Below are positions 32,891-43,512 of a stretch of DNA of 64,000 nt, piece after piece. Position 1 is the stretch's first letter; the number at the start of each line of letters is the position of its first letter. The DNA is from Syntrophales bacterium. Its GTDB lineage: Bacteria > Desulfobacterota > Syntrophia > Syntrophales > UBA2185. The DNA is taken from positions 62,818-126,817 of the forward strand of contig JBKQQP010000053.1 of assembly GCA_052144335.1 (NCBI GenBank), read 5' to 3'. Both the position numbers and the translations under genes were made by a program. The notes beneath the pieces are model-generated. The model had not been told where the DNA came from. It saw nothing but the letters and a program-made list of their open reading frames with translations, and did no database searches.

Positions 32891-33457
32891 TTAAATAACG
32901 AGTCGGCTTACTCTTCTGATCTTCCAGATATAGTCGATTGTTTCGGGGTCAAATCCATTGTTCAATCCGTTTCCCACTTTACCTGGGCCAAGGTTGTAAG
33001 CTGCCAAAGCCAGTTCTCTGTCCTTAAATTTATTGAGCAACATCTTATAGTATTTTGTCCCAGCCTTGAGGTTATTAAGAGGATGGTCGATATCATCAAA
33101 ACCCATTTCCTTGCCTGTCGTTCGTTTAACTCCCATCAGACCTATAGCGCCGGCACTGGACGCGGCATTCTCATCAGTCAAAGACTCGACAATAGCAATG
33201 GCCTTGATATCTTCTGGACGAGCGTAATACTTTCTTGAAATCTGCTCAATTTGGCTGCCATATTTTTTCTCTATGATCTGGGCCAATCTGCGAATCTCTT
33301 CATCGGTGGCCCATACTGTAGATTTCACTATCGCCCTTTCTACTCTATTGTCACGGGCTTGCTGATATGAAGGGGCTTCCCCTTTAAATCCGCAGTTCAG
33401 GGCTACTATAAAAATAATAGCCGCAGCTACGATAAAAGAAATTGAAAGTTTGCGCAT
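32891..33457 (-). CDS. secreted lytic transglycosylase (SLT domain)
   Basis: 188 aa with a signal peptide, the catalytic context AIAIVESL and SSAGAIGLMGV, and AAYNLGPG. Confidence 0.75.
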   Translation of the reverse strand: MRKLSISFIVAAAIIFIVALNCGFKGEAPSYQQARDNRVERAIVKSTVWATDEEIRRLAQIIEKKYGSQIEQISRKYYARPEDIKAIAIVESLTDENAASSAGAIGLMGVKRTTGKEMGFDDIDHPLNNLKAGTKYYKMLLNKFKDRELALAAYNLGPGKVGNGLNNGFDPETIDYIWKIRRVSRLVI

Positions 33458-33577
33458 GATCTACTCTCCTGCATCTGGAGCTACCCTCCCAATGAGCCGG
33501 ATTCGTCGGTTATGCCCGCTCCCAAGCCGTAACCGAAATAAGTTAGAATGGGACCATTTTACGTATGGTCTTATACA

Positions 33578-33623
33578 AAGCAAAAGGCACTCGTCTATAG
33601 TTGCCTATAGACCTGAGTGCCTT
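33578..33623 (-). terminator. terminator hairpin after the cold-shock gene
   Basis: Nested stems AAGGCACTC (33584-33592) / GAGTGCCTT (33615-33623) and GTCTATAG / CTATAGAC, followed on the minus strand by TTTTGCTTTG. Confidence 0.55.
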
Positions 33624-33647
33624 ATTTGTTTCCTGGCAATTGCGCTT

Positions 33648-33848
33648 TTACAGGGCCTTCACATTGCCTGCTGCTGGGCCTTTCTTGCCCTGCTCAACGT
33701 CGAAGCTTACTCGCTGACCTTCATGCAACGTCTTGAATCCCTCGGCTTGTATGGCACTGTGATGGACAAACACGTCGCCCCCATCATCCTTTTCGATGAA
33801 GCCGAATCCCTTCTGCTCATTAAACCACTTTACTTTACCTTCTGGCAT
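33648..33848 (-). CDS. cspA: cold-shock protein (CspA family)
   Basis: 66 aa: [33 protein letters not shown], with RNP1/RNP2 motifs. An AAGGAGG SD is present. Confidence 0.95.
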   Translation of the reverse strand: MPEGKVKWFNEQKGFGFIEKDDGGDVFVHHSAIQAEGFKTLHEGQRVSFDVEQGKKGPAAGNVKAL

Positions 33849-33902
33849 CGCTTAAATCCTCCTTTCTCAAAATTTTCTCAAAGTCGGATTGCAGCTTTGA
33901 CA

Positions 33903-33942
33903 GAAAGAAAAAAGCCACCAAGACCTAAAGGGCATGGCGGCC
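33903..33942 (-). terminator. terminator-like hairpin + U-run inside the 437-nt cspA upstream region
   Basis: Minus-strand RNA reads GCCGCCA...UGGUGGC (33941-33935 / 33920-33914; one G-U pair) followed by UUUUUUCUUUCU. It lies about 65 nt upstream of the cspA ATG. Confidence 0.4.
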
Positions 33943-34285
33943 AACCTTTGCACTTCAATATGTCTGATCCAACTTCTACTGCGCCCTATCATTTCCAGGG
34001 GCGCAAATGTTAAATGTTAAGATGTATCTAGTACGACCAAAGCCGAAAGTCAAGGATTATTTCATTTATTTCCAACAGCCCCATATTCTTGATCACGCTC
34101 GATACTGTATGCTTTCATCCACAACATTGGAATTACTACACTTCTCAGTATGATGCTACATTGAGAATCCGGCACATGACGAAAGCTGTTAAGCCTTCAT
34201 TGCATCTGCTTCTCTCTTATTTATCGTGAATGCCTTCTTAGCAATGGAATGTGTACGAGCAATTGTAGGGTTCTCAGCTCTTTCA

Positions 34286-35341
34286 TCATTTTTTGAAATG
34301 CCGTGTTATCTTTCCAATGCCTTTCTGATAAGGGGGGAAGACAACGCCCGCTTCGGTTATAATGGCAGTGATGTAACGGTTTGGGGTAACATCAAAGGCC
34401 GGGTTATACACATGCATCCCCTCTGGCGCCACTCTTACACCCCGAATGGTTGTGATCTCCTCCGCGTCTCTTTCCTCGATGGGGATCTCATCGCCATTTT
34501 GAAGCGACACGTCTATAGTAGATAAAGGTGCCGCCACATAAAAAGGAGCGTTATGCTCTTTGGCCAGGACAGCGAGGGAATATGTGCCGATCTTGTTTGC
34601 CACATCACCGTTGGCGGCGATCCGGTCCGCCCCGACGATGACTTTGTTGATCTTTCCCTGCTTCATTAAGAATCCTGCCATGCTATCGGCTATGAGCGTA
34701 GCCGGTATCTTCTCTTTCATGAGTTCCCAGGCTGTGAGCCGCGCCCCTTGGAGCACAGGCCGTGTTTCATCGACAAAGACGTGAATTTTCTTCCCTTCCT
34801 CCCAGGCGGCCCTGACCACACCCAGGGCCGTGCCGCAGCCGGCCGTAGCCAGGGCACCAGCATTGCAGTGGGTAAGGATTTTGTCGCCGTCCTGAATTAG
34901 TGGCCGTCCGTTAATGCCGATTGTCTCATTTATGGCGATATCCTCCTCACAGATGCGTATGGCTTCTTCCACAAGAATCCTTTTAATCTGATCCGTGGGT
35001 GCGGATAATGCTTCGTCGAAACGCCTTTTCATCCTCTCTATGGCCCAGAAGAGATTTCGCGCCGTGGGCCGGGTTTGGGAAAACTGATCACAGATTTCGA
35101 GGAATGAGCGCTTGAAGTCTTCTTTCGATGAGACGGCAAGATGGAGTGCGCCAAGCGCAATGCCCATTGCAGAGGCCACCCCGATTGCCGGGGCGCCGCG
35201 GACAGTCAGATCTTTGATTGCCGCCATGACATCCTTATAATCAGTAAACCTCAGTTGGCGCTCTTCATTAGGAAGGGCCTTCTGGTCGATCATGACGACC
35301 GCATCATCTTTCCAGAAAATGGTCCTGATGGCACTGCCCAT
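34286..35341 (-). CDS. mtnA: S-methyl-5-thioribose-1-phosphate isomerase
   Basis: 351 aa in the eIF-2B alpha/beta/delta-like family. Motifs include [15 protein letters not shown]..., [10 protein letters not shown], and [19 protein letters not shown]. Confidence 0.9.
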   Translation of the reverse strand: MGSAIRTIFWKDDAVVMIDQKALPNEERQLRFTDYKDVMAAIKDLTVRGAPAIGVASAMGIALGALHLAVSSKEDFKRSFLEICDQFSQTRPTARNLFWAIERMKRRFDEALSAPTDQIKRILVEEAIRICEEDIAINETIGINGRPLIQDGDKILTHCNAGALATAGCGTALGVVRAAWEEGKKIHVFVDETRPVLQGARLTAWELMKEKIPATLIADSMAGFLMKQGKINKVIVGADRIAANGDVANKIGTYSLAVLAKEHNAPFYVAAPLSTIDVSLQNGDEIPIEERDAEEITTIRGVRVAPEGMHVYNPAFDVTPNRYITAIITEAGVVFPPYQKGIGKITRHFKK

Positions 35342-35591
35342 CTTACAAGTTTTCCCCCTCTAAATGTAAAAAGGTTCTTTGTCCTGTTCACTGTTCTTGC
35401 AACGACAAAATAATTTCCTGCAAATCATTCGGATAAAGTTCTCAGGGGCGAGTCAAAAATGTTTTCTTGACTAGATCTATACAACAGTTCACTGCCGCTC
35501 GGCATATTGATCAAAACTGTAATATGGGTAAAAAAAGATTTCGAGCCCCAAGGCAGCTTCTGAGAAATCCGCTGATTAGGGCGCGGGATGA

Positions 35592-37025
35592 TTAAGACCC
35601 TGCCAACACCTTTTTCAGAAGGTCGTTGATGAGTTGCGGATTGGCCTTTCCCTGGGTTGCTTTCATTACCTGACCTACAAAATAGCCAAAGAGTTTCTCT
35701 TTCCCTCCCCGGTACTGCTCAACCTGCGCCGTATTCGCTGCCAGGATCTTGGCAATAGTTTCTGCAAGCGCGGCCTCGTCAGTAATCTGAACCATGCCTT
35801 TCTCTTCAATAATCATCTTCGGCGGCTTGCCTGTCCTGTACATCTCCTCAATAATATCCTTGGCCATCTTCCCGCTGATGGTTCCATTTTCAATAAGCTG
35901 AATCATTTCCGCGAGTGATTTGGGCAGAATGGGACACTCCTTTATATCTCGCTTTTCCTCATTGAGGAATCGGAGGATGTCCCCCATGACCCAGTTGCTC
36001 GCTGCTTTCGGTTTTCCGGAAAGCCTCGCCACATCTTCGAAGTAATCAGCAAGTACTCGGCTCGATGTCAATACACCGGCATCATACGAAGGGAGCTGAT
36101 AATCTCTCATAAACCGCTCCCGTTTCGCCAGTGGAAGTTCAGGAAGGTTTCTCTTGACCTCCTCCACCCATGACTCGTCTATTACTATAGGAACGAGATC
36201 GGGATCTGGGAAATATCGGTAATCGTGCGCCTCTTCTTTTCCCCGCATGGATAGGGTTACCCCCTGTGCATCATCCCACAGCCTCGTCTCCTGAATCACG
36301 GCCTGGCCGCTCTCCAGGATATACTGTTGACGCTTGATTTCATAATCCAGGGCGCGCTGGACATTCCGGAAGGAGTTCATGTTTTTCAGTTCTGTCCGTG
36401 TACCGAAGGCTTCTTCTCCCCTGGGCCTGATGGATACATTGGCATCACAGCGAAAGCTACCCTCTTCCATGTTCCCGTCGCAGATCTCCAGATAAACGAG
36501 TATTTCATGCAGTCTTCTCAGATAGGCGGAGGCCTCTTCGGCGCTTCTCATCTCCGGCTCGCTCACAATCTCAATGAGCGGCACGCCTGTCCTGTTGAGA
36601 TCAATGTAACTCGACGGCATATGCTCATCGTGAATCATTTTACCTGCATCTTCCTCCATGTGGATCCGCGTTATGCCAATCCTCTTCTTTCCTCCGTTCT
36701 GTTCAATATCGATATATCCATGTTCGGAAAGAGGCTGGGCATACTGGGAAATCTGATACCCTTTGGGGAGGTCAGGATAGAAATAGTTTTTCCTCGCAAA
36801 ATTACATGACTTGTTTATTGGGCAGTTGGTCGCGAGCGCCATTTTAATCGTATACTCAACCACCGTCTTATTCAAAACGGGAAGGACACCTGGCATCCCC
36901 ATACACACCGCACAGGTGTGGGTATTGGGCTCCGCCCCGAACAGCGTTGAGCAGCTGCAGAATATTTTAGATTTTGTAAGAAGCTGGGCATGTACCTCCA
37001 GCCCTATGACGGGTTCATATGCCAT
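35592..37025 (-). CDS. gatB: Asp/Glu-tRNA amidotransferase subunit B
   Basis: 477 aa with [15 protein letters not shown]...SKIFCSC... and a full-length GatB pattern. Confidence 0.95.
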   Translation of the reverse strand: MAYEPVIGLEVHAQLLTKSKIFCSCSTLFGAEPNTHTCAVCMGMPGVLPVLNKTVVEYTIKMALATNCPINKSCNFARKNYFYPDLPKGYQISQYAQPLSEHGYIDIEQNGGKKRIGITRIHMEEDAGKMIHDEHMPSSYIDLNRTGVPLIEIVSEPEMRSAEEASAYLRRLHEILVYLEICDGNMEEGSFRCDANVSIRPRGEEAFGTRTELKNMNSFRNVQRALDYEIKRQQYILESGQAVIQETRLWDDAQGVTLSMRGKEEAHDYRYFPDPDLVPIVIDESWVEEVKRNLPELPLAKRERFMRDYQLPSYDAGVLTSSRVLADYFEDVARLSGKPKAASNWVMGDILRFLNEEKRDIKECPILPKSLAEMIQLIENGTISGKMAKDIIEEMYRTGKPPKMIIEEKGMVQITDEAALAETIAKILAANTAQVEQYRGGKEKLFGYFVGQVMKATQGKANPQLINDLLKKVLAGS

Positions 37026-38482
37026 CAGAGCTTTGGTCTCCTCTGCTTTACGTTTGCATGCTTTTCAAATGCAGCGGCAATTTGAAGCAACTTCCCTTCT
37101 TCAAAATGCCCTGCCAGGAACTGGGATCCTATAGGGAGTCCTTGCCGCGTAAATCCGCACGGCACGGATATGCCCGGTATGCCTGCGAGGTTTGTTGATA
37201 TAGTGAATATATCAGAGAGGTACATTTGCAGTGGATCGTCCATCTTCTCGCCGATCTTGAAGGCAGGGGTGGGGGTTGTCGGCGTAAGGATTACGTCGCA
37301 ATGTTTCAATGCCTCTTCAAAATCCCGCTTGATCAGCGCCCGCACCTGGGAAGCCTTCTTATAGTAAGCATCGTAATAGCCGGAAGACAGCGCATACGTC
37401 CCTATCATTATCCGTCTTTTTACCTCGGCCCCGAAACCGGCGGAACGGGTCTTCTTGTACATATCCAGAAGGTCTCTGCAGTCCTCCGCCCGGAATCCGT
37501 ACTTCACGCCGTCATATCGGGCGAGATTGGAACTCGCCTCCGCCGGGGCAATGATGTAATAGACAGCCAGGCAATATTCCGTATGGGGGAGGGATATCTC
37601 GACACACTTTGCTCCCAGTCCTTCGATGGCCTTCATGGCTCCGTTCATGGCCTCCGTTATCTCCCGGTCAATGCCTTCGATGAAGTACTCCTTCGGAATC
37701 CCGACTGTGAGGCCATCAATCCCCCGTGAGAGAAATGCCGTGTAATCGGGCACGTCCAGGGGAACAGATGTAGATTCCCTTGGATCATATCCGGAAATAA
37801 CATTCATCATGATGGCGCAGTCTTCCACATCTTTCGCAAAAGGACCAATCTGATCCAGGGAGGAGGCAAAGGCGATGAGTCCGTACCGGGATACCCTTCC
37901 GTAGGTTGGCTTCATTCCCACAACACCGCATAAGGCTGCGGGTTGTCTGATGGAGCCACCCGTATCGGAACCGATGGAGGCAATGCACTCATCAGCGGCC
38001 ACAGCGGCGGCCGACCCGCCGCTCGACCCGCCGGGTATCCTGTCGAGTGCCCAGGGATTTTTGGTTATCCCAAAATATGACGTCTCCGTGGACGACCCCA
38101 TGGCAAATTCATCCATATTCGTCTTGCCGGTGAACACAGCACCGGCATCCCTTAATTTCTCCACCACTGTGGCATCGTAAGGAGGGATATAGTTGTACAG
38201 GATGCGCGACCCGCAGGTCGTCAAGAAAGCCTTCGTGCAGACGATATCTTTGAGGGCGATGGGTATGCCCGTCAGCGCTTGAATGTTTCCTTCTTTGATA
38301 CAGCGGTCTGCTTTGGCGGCCTCTGCGAATGCATATTCCTTCATTAGGGTAATATATGCATGAACACGGCCTTCTACAGCATCGATCCTCTGGAACACGG
38401 ATTTAACTATGTCTGAGGAATTTACCTGCTTCGACCTGATCAATTTCTGCAACTCGTGTATTGTTAACTGATGGAGTTCCAT
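37025..38482 (-). CDS. gatA: Asp/Glu-tRNA amidotransferase subunit A
   Basis: 485 aa with the amidase signature [13 protein letters not shown]...[13 protein letters not shown]. Confidence 0.95.
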   Translation of the reverse strand: MELHQLTIHELQKLIRSKQVNSSDIVKSVFQRIDAVEGRVHAYITLMKEYAFAEAAKADRCIKEGNIQALTGIPIALKDIVCTKAFLTTCGSRILYNYIPPYDATVVEKLRDAGAVFTGKTNMDEFAMGSSTETSYFGITKNPWALDRIPGGSSGGSAAAVAADECIASIGSDTGGSIRQPAALCGVVGMKPTYGRVSRYGLIAFASSLDQIGPFAKDVEDCAIMMNVISGYDPRESTSVPLDVPDYTAFLSRGIDGLTVGIPKEYFIEGIDREITEAMNGAMKAIEGLGAKCVEISLPHTEYCLAVYYIIAPAEASSNLARYDGVKYGFRAEDCRDLLDMYKKTRSAGFGAEVKRRIMIGTYALSSGYYDAYYKKASQVRALIKRDFEEALKHCDVILTPTTPTPAFKIGEKMDDPLQMYLSDIFTISTNLAGIPGISVPCGFTRQGLPIGSQFLAGHFEEGKLLQIAAAFEKHANVKQRRPKL

Positions 38483-38494
38483 GCCGCCCCTATC

Positions 38495-38782
38495 CTATTC
38501 TATCACTTTTGGTACCCGGAAGAACGGGCCCCTTGCTTCCGGGGCATTGGACAGGGAAAGTTCATGGCTGAGGGAATCTCTGACTGTATCGTCTCTGAAG
38601 GCATTCTGAAGGGCAATGGCATGACTCATCGGTTCGATACCGGCTGTGTCCACCTCATTGAGCTTATCCATATACATCAGTATATCGTTGAGCTGTGAGG
38701 TGAATTTCACCTTTTCTTCTTCGCTGAAATCGAGCCTCGCCAGATGAGCCACGTACTCAACTTCTTCTTTTGTGATTTTCAA
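38495..38782 (-). CDS. gatC: Asp/Glu-tRNA amidotransferase subunit C
   Basis: 95 aa with MKITKEEVEYVAHLARLDFSEEE, located immediately upstream of gatA. Confidence 0.9.
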   Translation of the reverse strand: MKITKEEVEYVAHLARLDFSEEEKVKFTSQLNDILMYMDKLNEVDTAGIEPMSHAIALQNAFRDDTVRDSLSHELSLSNAPEARGPFFRVPKVIE

Positions 38783-38812
38783 CGCTGTATCCTCGTAACT
38801 TCAAGAATCAAC

Positions 38813-39868
38813 TTACGACAGCCGCCAGTAAGGATTTACCTGATCAACTACTTTCTTGATGACGGGATCCGTATTGCTGTCCGCCTCTTTTGCGATCCGC
38901 TCAAGCTCATCATTCGTCACATGCGTGCCGTCCCTCATTTCGATAAGCACCGCTTTTATCGAATCTGCGAGCCCGCCGATGTGGTATCCGCCTTCCAGGG
39001 TCGCGACAACCTTTCCGCCGCAGCACTGATCGGCAACATCCATGAGGATACGTGTCAGACAGGCAAACCCAGCGGGCGTAACTTTCATTCCTCCCAGGGG
39101 ATCCTTGTAATAAGGATCGAACCCGGCTGAGATAAGGACCAGCTCGGGCTTAAACTTCATGGAGACGGGATAAATAATTTTTTTGAAAATCTTGACATAC
39201 TGAGAGCTATCCGTACCGGGTCTCAGAGGAACATTGATATTGTAGCCGATGCCTTTACCTCGCCCTATTTCTTCTATCGCGCCTGTACCCGGATAATATG
39301 GATACTGGTGGGTTGAGAAATACAAAACCCTCGGGTCCTCATAGAATTGCGCCTGGGTTCCGTTACCGTGGTGCAGGTCCCAGTCGACTACTAGAATCCT
39401 CTCCATCTTGTGCCTGGTAATAGCATGCATGGCGCCTATGGCAACATTATTGAAGAGGCAGAAGCCGGCTGCATTGGATACTCCTGCGTGATGTCCGGGA
39501 GGTCTGACAAGGGCAAAGGCATTGTCAACTTCACCCGATACGACGCTGTCAATGGCGCTAAACAGTCCCCCCACCGCCAACTTCGCAACATCATATGATT
39601 CCGGTGTGGCGGCCGTGTCGGGATCAAGGGGAACAAATATCTTCCCTGCCGTAGAGGCCACAAGATTTATGTAAGAAAGAGAATGAATCAAGGCAATCTC
39701 TTCATGGGTGGCATATCGCGGCTCAATTTCGACAAACTGTCCGGCCATATCATTGGCTTCAAGCATAGCGTAGGTCGCTCCCAGCCTCTGTGGCGATTCG
39801 GGATGTCCAAATCCGGCGTCATGCTTTAGATACCTTTCATCCTTAACGATACCCGTTTTTCGAGACAT
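38813..39868 (-). CDS. histone deacetylase-family (acetoin utilisation/deacetylase) protein
   Basis: 351 aa with RPPGHHA and DWDLHHGNGTQ. Confidence 0.85.
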   Translation of the reverse strand: MSRKTGIVKDERYLKHDAGFGHPESPQRLGATYAMLEANDMAGQFVEIEPRYATHEEIALIHSLSYINLVASTAGKIFVPLDPDTAATPESYDVAKLAVGGLFSAIDSVVSGEVDNAFALVRPPGHHAGVSNAAGFCLFNNVAIGAMHAITRHKMERILVVDWDLHHGNGTQAQFYEDPRVLYFSTHQYPYYPGTGAIEEIGRGKGIGYNINVPLRPGTDSSQYVKIFKKIIYPVSMKFKPELVLISAGFDPYYKDPLGGMKVTPAGFACLTRILMDVADQCCGGKVVATLEGGYHIGGLADSIKAVLIEMRDGTHVTNDELERIAKEADSNTDPVIKKVVDQVNPYWRLS

Positions 39869-39983
39869 TGGTCACCATCCCTGGAAGGGTTTTTTTACAT
39901 AGGCCCAAGCTATTAGCATAAAAGCCATGAGAACGCAAAAATTTTCCAAACCCAGAAGGGCTGCCCCCGTTTTTGGAAAAACA

Positions 39984-40011
39984 TTGACAAATGCATAAAA
40001 CTATATATATT
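39984..40011 (+). promoter_or_regulatory. sigma-70-type promoter upstream of tatA
   Basis: TTGACA (39984-39989), a 16-nt spacer, then TATATT (40006-40011). This is about 32 nt upstream of the ATG at 40044. Confidence 0.45.
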
Positions 40012-40043
40012 TAATGCCATTTAGCGAACAAGAGGTTAGATTC

Positions 40044-40355
40044 ATGTTTGGCATCGGTTTGCCGGAACTCATGGTAATAGCAATGATTGCGTTGCTCGTT
40101 GTGGGTCCCAAGAAACTCCCAGCCCTCGCCAATTCTCTGGGTAAAGGCCTCTCCGAATTTCGCAGGGCGGCTGATGATGTAACGGAGAACGTGAGAGAAA
40201 CGCTGAAGCCGGAAGACCTAAAGAAAGAAGTCAATGACTTTAAGGATTCACTACTGTATCGTATGGGAAATGACCCTCAGTACTCTCCCCCGCGCGGAGA
40301 CGATAGAAGAGACTCCGCACGCAAAGATTCCACTTCTAATAAAGCTCAATCTTGA
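40044..40355 (+). CDS. tatA: twin-arginine translocase TatA/TatB-family subunit
   Basis: MFGIGLPELMVIAMIALLVVGPKKLPALANSLGKGLSEFRRA. The ATG at 40044 follows AAGAGG. The ORF-track start at 40014 adds 10 unlikely residues. Confidence 0.85.
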   Translation: MFGIGLPELMVIAMIALLVVGPKKLPALANSLGKGLSEFRRAADDVTENVRETLKPEDLKKEVNDFKDSLLYRMGNDPQYSPPRGDDRRDSARKDSTSNKAQS

Positions 40356-40407
40356 TTTCACACATCGATATAGAGTTCATTTTGAAAGGAGCGGCGATAA
40401 TTAATCT

Positions 40408-41178
40408 ATGGAAGAGCCTGTAGAAGAAAGAATGCCTTTCACCGCTCATCTGGAAGAATTACGGACCAGAATCATCCGTATAGTGATTGCAGTTTGTGTG
40501 GGTTTCGGCGTCTGTTGGTTTCTTAGGGAATGGCTTTTCCAGATCATTACAAGGCCTCTGTACCAGGTCCTGCCCCCGAACAGCTTTATGATATATACAA
40601 GCCTGCCGGAGGCTTTTTTCAACTACATGAAAATATCTTTCTACGCATCCCTCTTTCTTACAAGTCCCTACATACTTTATCAACTGTGGAAATTCATCTC
40701 ACCTGGTCTCTATAAGTCAGAGAGAAAATACATGCTTCCCTTCGTTATCTCTTCCACGATTCTGTTCATCTGCGGTATACTGTTCGGATATTATCTTGCC
40801 CTTCCTCCCGCATTCAGCTTCTTTGTGGAATTTTCGTCAGACTTTCTCAAGCCCATGTTTTCACTGCGCGAATATCTTTCACTCTCCCTGAAGCTCCTGC
40901 TGGCATTTGGTGTGTCATTCGAACTACCTGTTGTCATCTTCTTCTTAGCCAAAATCGGCATCGTCAGTTCAAAAATGTTGTCGCGAAATAGGCGATATGC
41001 AATCCTTATAATATTCATCGCTGCTGCCATCCTTACGCCTTCTCCCGATGCTCTCACCCAGATTATCATGGCTGTGCCCTTGATAGGTCTTTATGAGATT
41101 GGTATAATTGTGGCGAAATTTGCCGAAAAAAAACGCCCTAAAGCAGAAGATTTGAAAGACGATCAAAAGGAAATATGA
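40408..41178 (+). CDS. tatC: twin-arginine translocase subunit TatC
   Basis: 256 aa with MPFTAHLEELRTRIIR and six hydrophobic helices. Confidence 0.9.
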   Translation: MEEPVEERMPFTAHLEELRTRIIRIVIAVCVGFGVCWFLREWLFQIITRPLYQVLPPNSFMIYTSLPEAFFNYMKISFYASLFLTSPYILYQLWKFISPGLYKSERKYMLPFVISSTILFICGILFGYYLALPPAFSFFVEFSSDFLKPMFSLREYLSLSLKLLLAFGVSFELPVVIFFLAKIGIVSSKMLSRNRRYAILIIFIAAAILTPSPDALTQIIMAVPLIGLYEIGIIVAKFAEKKRPKAEDLKDDQKEI

Positions 41179-43217
41179 GATTTAAAGACAAAAAAAGGAA
41201 ACCAAAACGCTCCCGCCTGGGCACAGTACTGTTGGTAGTCACACTATGCTTTGTCATTCTGACGATTATAGTAAGCAGTATCTTGTACTATGTCCTCCAA
41301 CAGGAATTGCCCAGTATTGCTGCCTTAAAGGACTACCGTCCCAGCATCGCCACGCGCGTGTACGCAGACAATAATGAACTAATCGATGAGTTTTTTATGG
41401 AAGATAGAAAAATCATTAGGTTGTCCGAAGTTCCAAAGGTGGTCATTCAGGCCTTTGTGGCTGCGGAAGATGCAAGATTTTATCAACATACTGGCTTCGA
41501 TTTGGTGAGTATGACAAGGGCTTTTTATAAAAATATCGAAGCCGGTCACATAGTTCAGGGGGGCAGCACCATAACGCAGCAGGTGGCTAAATCACTCTAT
41601 CTGTCTTCGGAAAAAAGCTACATGAGAAAAATCAAGGAGGCCATCCTGGCCTATAAGATTGACAGGTATCTTTCGAAAGACGAAATTATGAACTTATACC
41701 TAAACCACATATATTTGGGGCACGGCACTTACGGCATCGAGGCAGCATCACAAGGGTATTTTGGAAAAAGTGCCAGGCATCTGACCCTAGCGGAAGCCTC
41801 ACTCCTGGCCGGTCTTCCCAAGGCGCCCAGCAGCTATTCTCCTTTCTTCCATCTCGACCGCGCCCGCCAGAGACAGGCCTACGTACTTGAAAGGATGGTT
41901 GAAGATGAGTACATCACCACGGCAGAGAAAGAGCGAGCCCTTGCAGCGCCCATAATCCTCAAATCCATCAGGCCTAAAGAAAAGATTGCCCCTTATTTTG
42001 TGGAGAACATCCGGAAATACATTATGGAAAAATACGGGAGCGATGTACTTTACAGGGAAGGTCTTGAAGTCTATACGACCCTTAACATAGAAATGCAGAA
42101 AGCGGCACGGGACGCAGTGGAAAAGGGACTTCAAGAATTGGAGGAGCGGGAGAAGTATGAGAAAGGACTCGTTCAGGGTGCTCTTCTTTGCATGGAGGTG
42201 AAGACAGGCGCTATCACGGCTATGGTCGGAGGCAGGGATTTCAAGAAGAGTGAATTCAACCGCGCCACCCAGTCGCGAAGGCAGCCTGGATCGGCATTTA
42301 AGCCATTTATCTACACAGCCGCCTTCGACAAGGGAATGACGCCATCAACACGCATACTGGACGCTCCCATTGTCTTTGAAGATAAGTCATCTCCTGATGG
42401 TTTCTGGAAACCAAGAAACTTTGACGGAAAATTCAATGGGCCCACGACTCTTAGAAACGCCCTCGTGCAGTCGCGAAATATCATTACTATAAAGATCCTC
42501 CAGGAGATCGGCGTCGATTATGCCGCCTCATATGCCACGAATATGGGGATTACTTCTCCCCTCTCCAAGAATCTCTCCTTGGCTCTGGGGACGTCAGGCG
42601 TAACCCTTCAGGAAATGGTTAGGGGATATGGCGTCCTGGCAAATCAGGGTAAACGAGTCGTGCCTTTCTTCATCAAGAAGATCGTTGATCGAACGGGTCA
42701 TATCTTTGAAGAAGCCCAAGTAAAAAGTGAAGAGGTCATCGACCCCCGGATAGCGTTCATGACATCATATGTTATGCAGGATGTCGTGGAAAGCGGGACG
42801 GGGAGACGAGTTAAGAGCATCGGCAGGCCTGTTGCAGGTAAGACGGGAACGACAGATGACACGAGAGATGCCTGGTTCATAGGCTTTACACCGTCTCTGG
42901 TGGCAGGGGTATGGGTTGGGTTTGACCAGGAAACCTCTCTCGGTAGAGAAGAAGTGGGGGGCAGGGCAGCAGCGCCCATATGGCTCTATTTCATGGAAAA
43001 AGCCCTACAAAACAGGGCCAGGGAAGTTTTTCCCGTCCCGGACGGGATTGTCTTCATCAAGGTGGACCCTCACACAGGCATTCCCGCTACACGGTCGACC
43101 CAGGACGCCATATTCGAGAGTTTTCTTGAGGGTACAACAGGGACTCGTGCAGTACCCATAGAGATCAAGGAAACGCAGGATGAGATAGACAGGCGCGATA
43201 AGGACAATTCCCGTTAA
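41175..43217 (+). CDS. mrcA: class A penicillin-binding protein (PBP1A; glycosyltransferase + transpeptidase)
   Basis: 680 aa with GT51 motifs EDARFYQHTGFD and GGSTITQQVAK, and transpeptidase motifs SAFKPF, SRN and KTGTT. Confidence 0.9.
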   Translation: MRFKDKKRKPKRSRLGTVLLVVTLCFVILTIIVSSILYYVLQQELPSIAALKDYRPSIATRVYADNNELIDEFFMEDRKIIRLSEVPKVVIQAFVAAEDARFYQHTGFDLVSMTRAFYKNIEAGHIVQGGSTITQQVAKSLYLSSEKSYMRKIKEAILAYKIDRYLSKDEIMNLYLNHIYLGHGTYGIEAASQGYFGKSARHLTLAEASLLAGLPKAPSSYSPFFHLDRARQRQAYVLERMVEDEYITTAEKERALAAPIILKSIRPKEKIAPYFVENIRKYIMEKYGSDVLYREGLEVYTTLNIEMQKAARDAVEKGLQELEEREKYEKGLVQGALLCMEVKTGAITAMVGGRDFKKSEFNRATQSRRQPGSAFKPFIYTAAFDKGMTPSTRILDAPIVFEDKSSPDGFWKPRNFDGKFNGPTTLRNALVQSRNIITIKILQEIGVDYAASYATNMGITSPLSKNLSLALGTSGVTLQEMVRGYGVLANQGKRVVPFFIKKIVDRTGHIFEEAQVKSEEVIDPRIAFMTSYVMQDVVESGTGRRVKSIGRPVAGKTGTTDDTRDAWFIGFTPSLVAGVWVGFDQETSLGREEVGGRAAAPIWLYFMEKALQNRAREVFPVPDGIVFIKVDPHTGIPATRSTQDAIFESFLEGTTGTRAVPIEIKETQDEIDRRDKDNSR

Positions 43218-43296
43218 AGACAGTAACCCAAAAATTCCTTGACAAATCTGAATTCTTGTATAAAAGTACTGTGCATTAACGAGTAAAGGTAAGCAG

Positions 43297-43386
43297 ATGA
43301 CCTCTTACAGCCTGAGCATCAATCTCCCTATCGTAGCCGTAGTAGTAGTATCTGTACTTCGGGGGACCGCTGCTCGGTTTCTGTGA
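43297..43386 (+). CDS. Val-rich leader peptide of ilvBN-1 (attenuator)
   Basis: atg..tga encodes MTSYSLSINLPIVAVVVVSVLRGTAARFL (29 aa; 6 Val, including four consecutive GTA codons). It lies 20 nt upstream of a strong terminator and 127 nt upstream of ilvB. Confidence 0.6.
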   Translation: MTSYSLSINLPIVAVVVVSVLRGTAARFL

Positions 43387-43406
43387 TGGAATGACATAGA
43401 ACTTAG

Positions 43407-43439
43407 AGCCGCGGGCCCCGATGACCCGCGGCTTTTTTA
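43407..43439 (+). terminator. attenuator terminator upstream of ilvBN-1
   Basis: 9-bp GC-rich stem AGCCGCGGG (43407-43415) / CCCGCGGCT (43425-43433) followed by a T-run to 43438. Confidence 0.7.
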
Positions 43440-43512
43440 TGCCTTACAGGCCGCTGCACAGATGAACTGGCGGCTTTTCTATTTTCTAAACAGCAAGGAG
43501 CACGTAGCAAAT

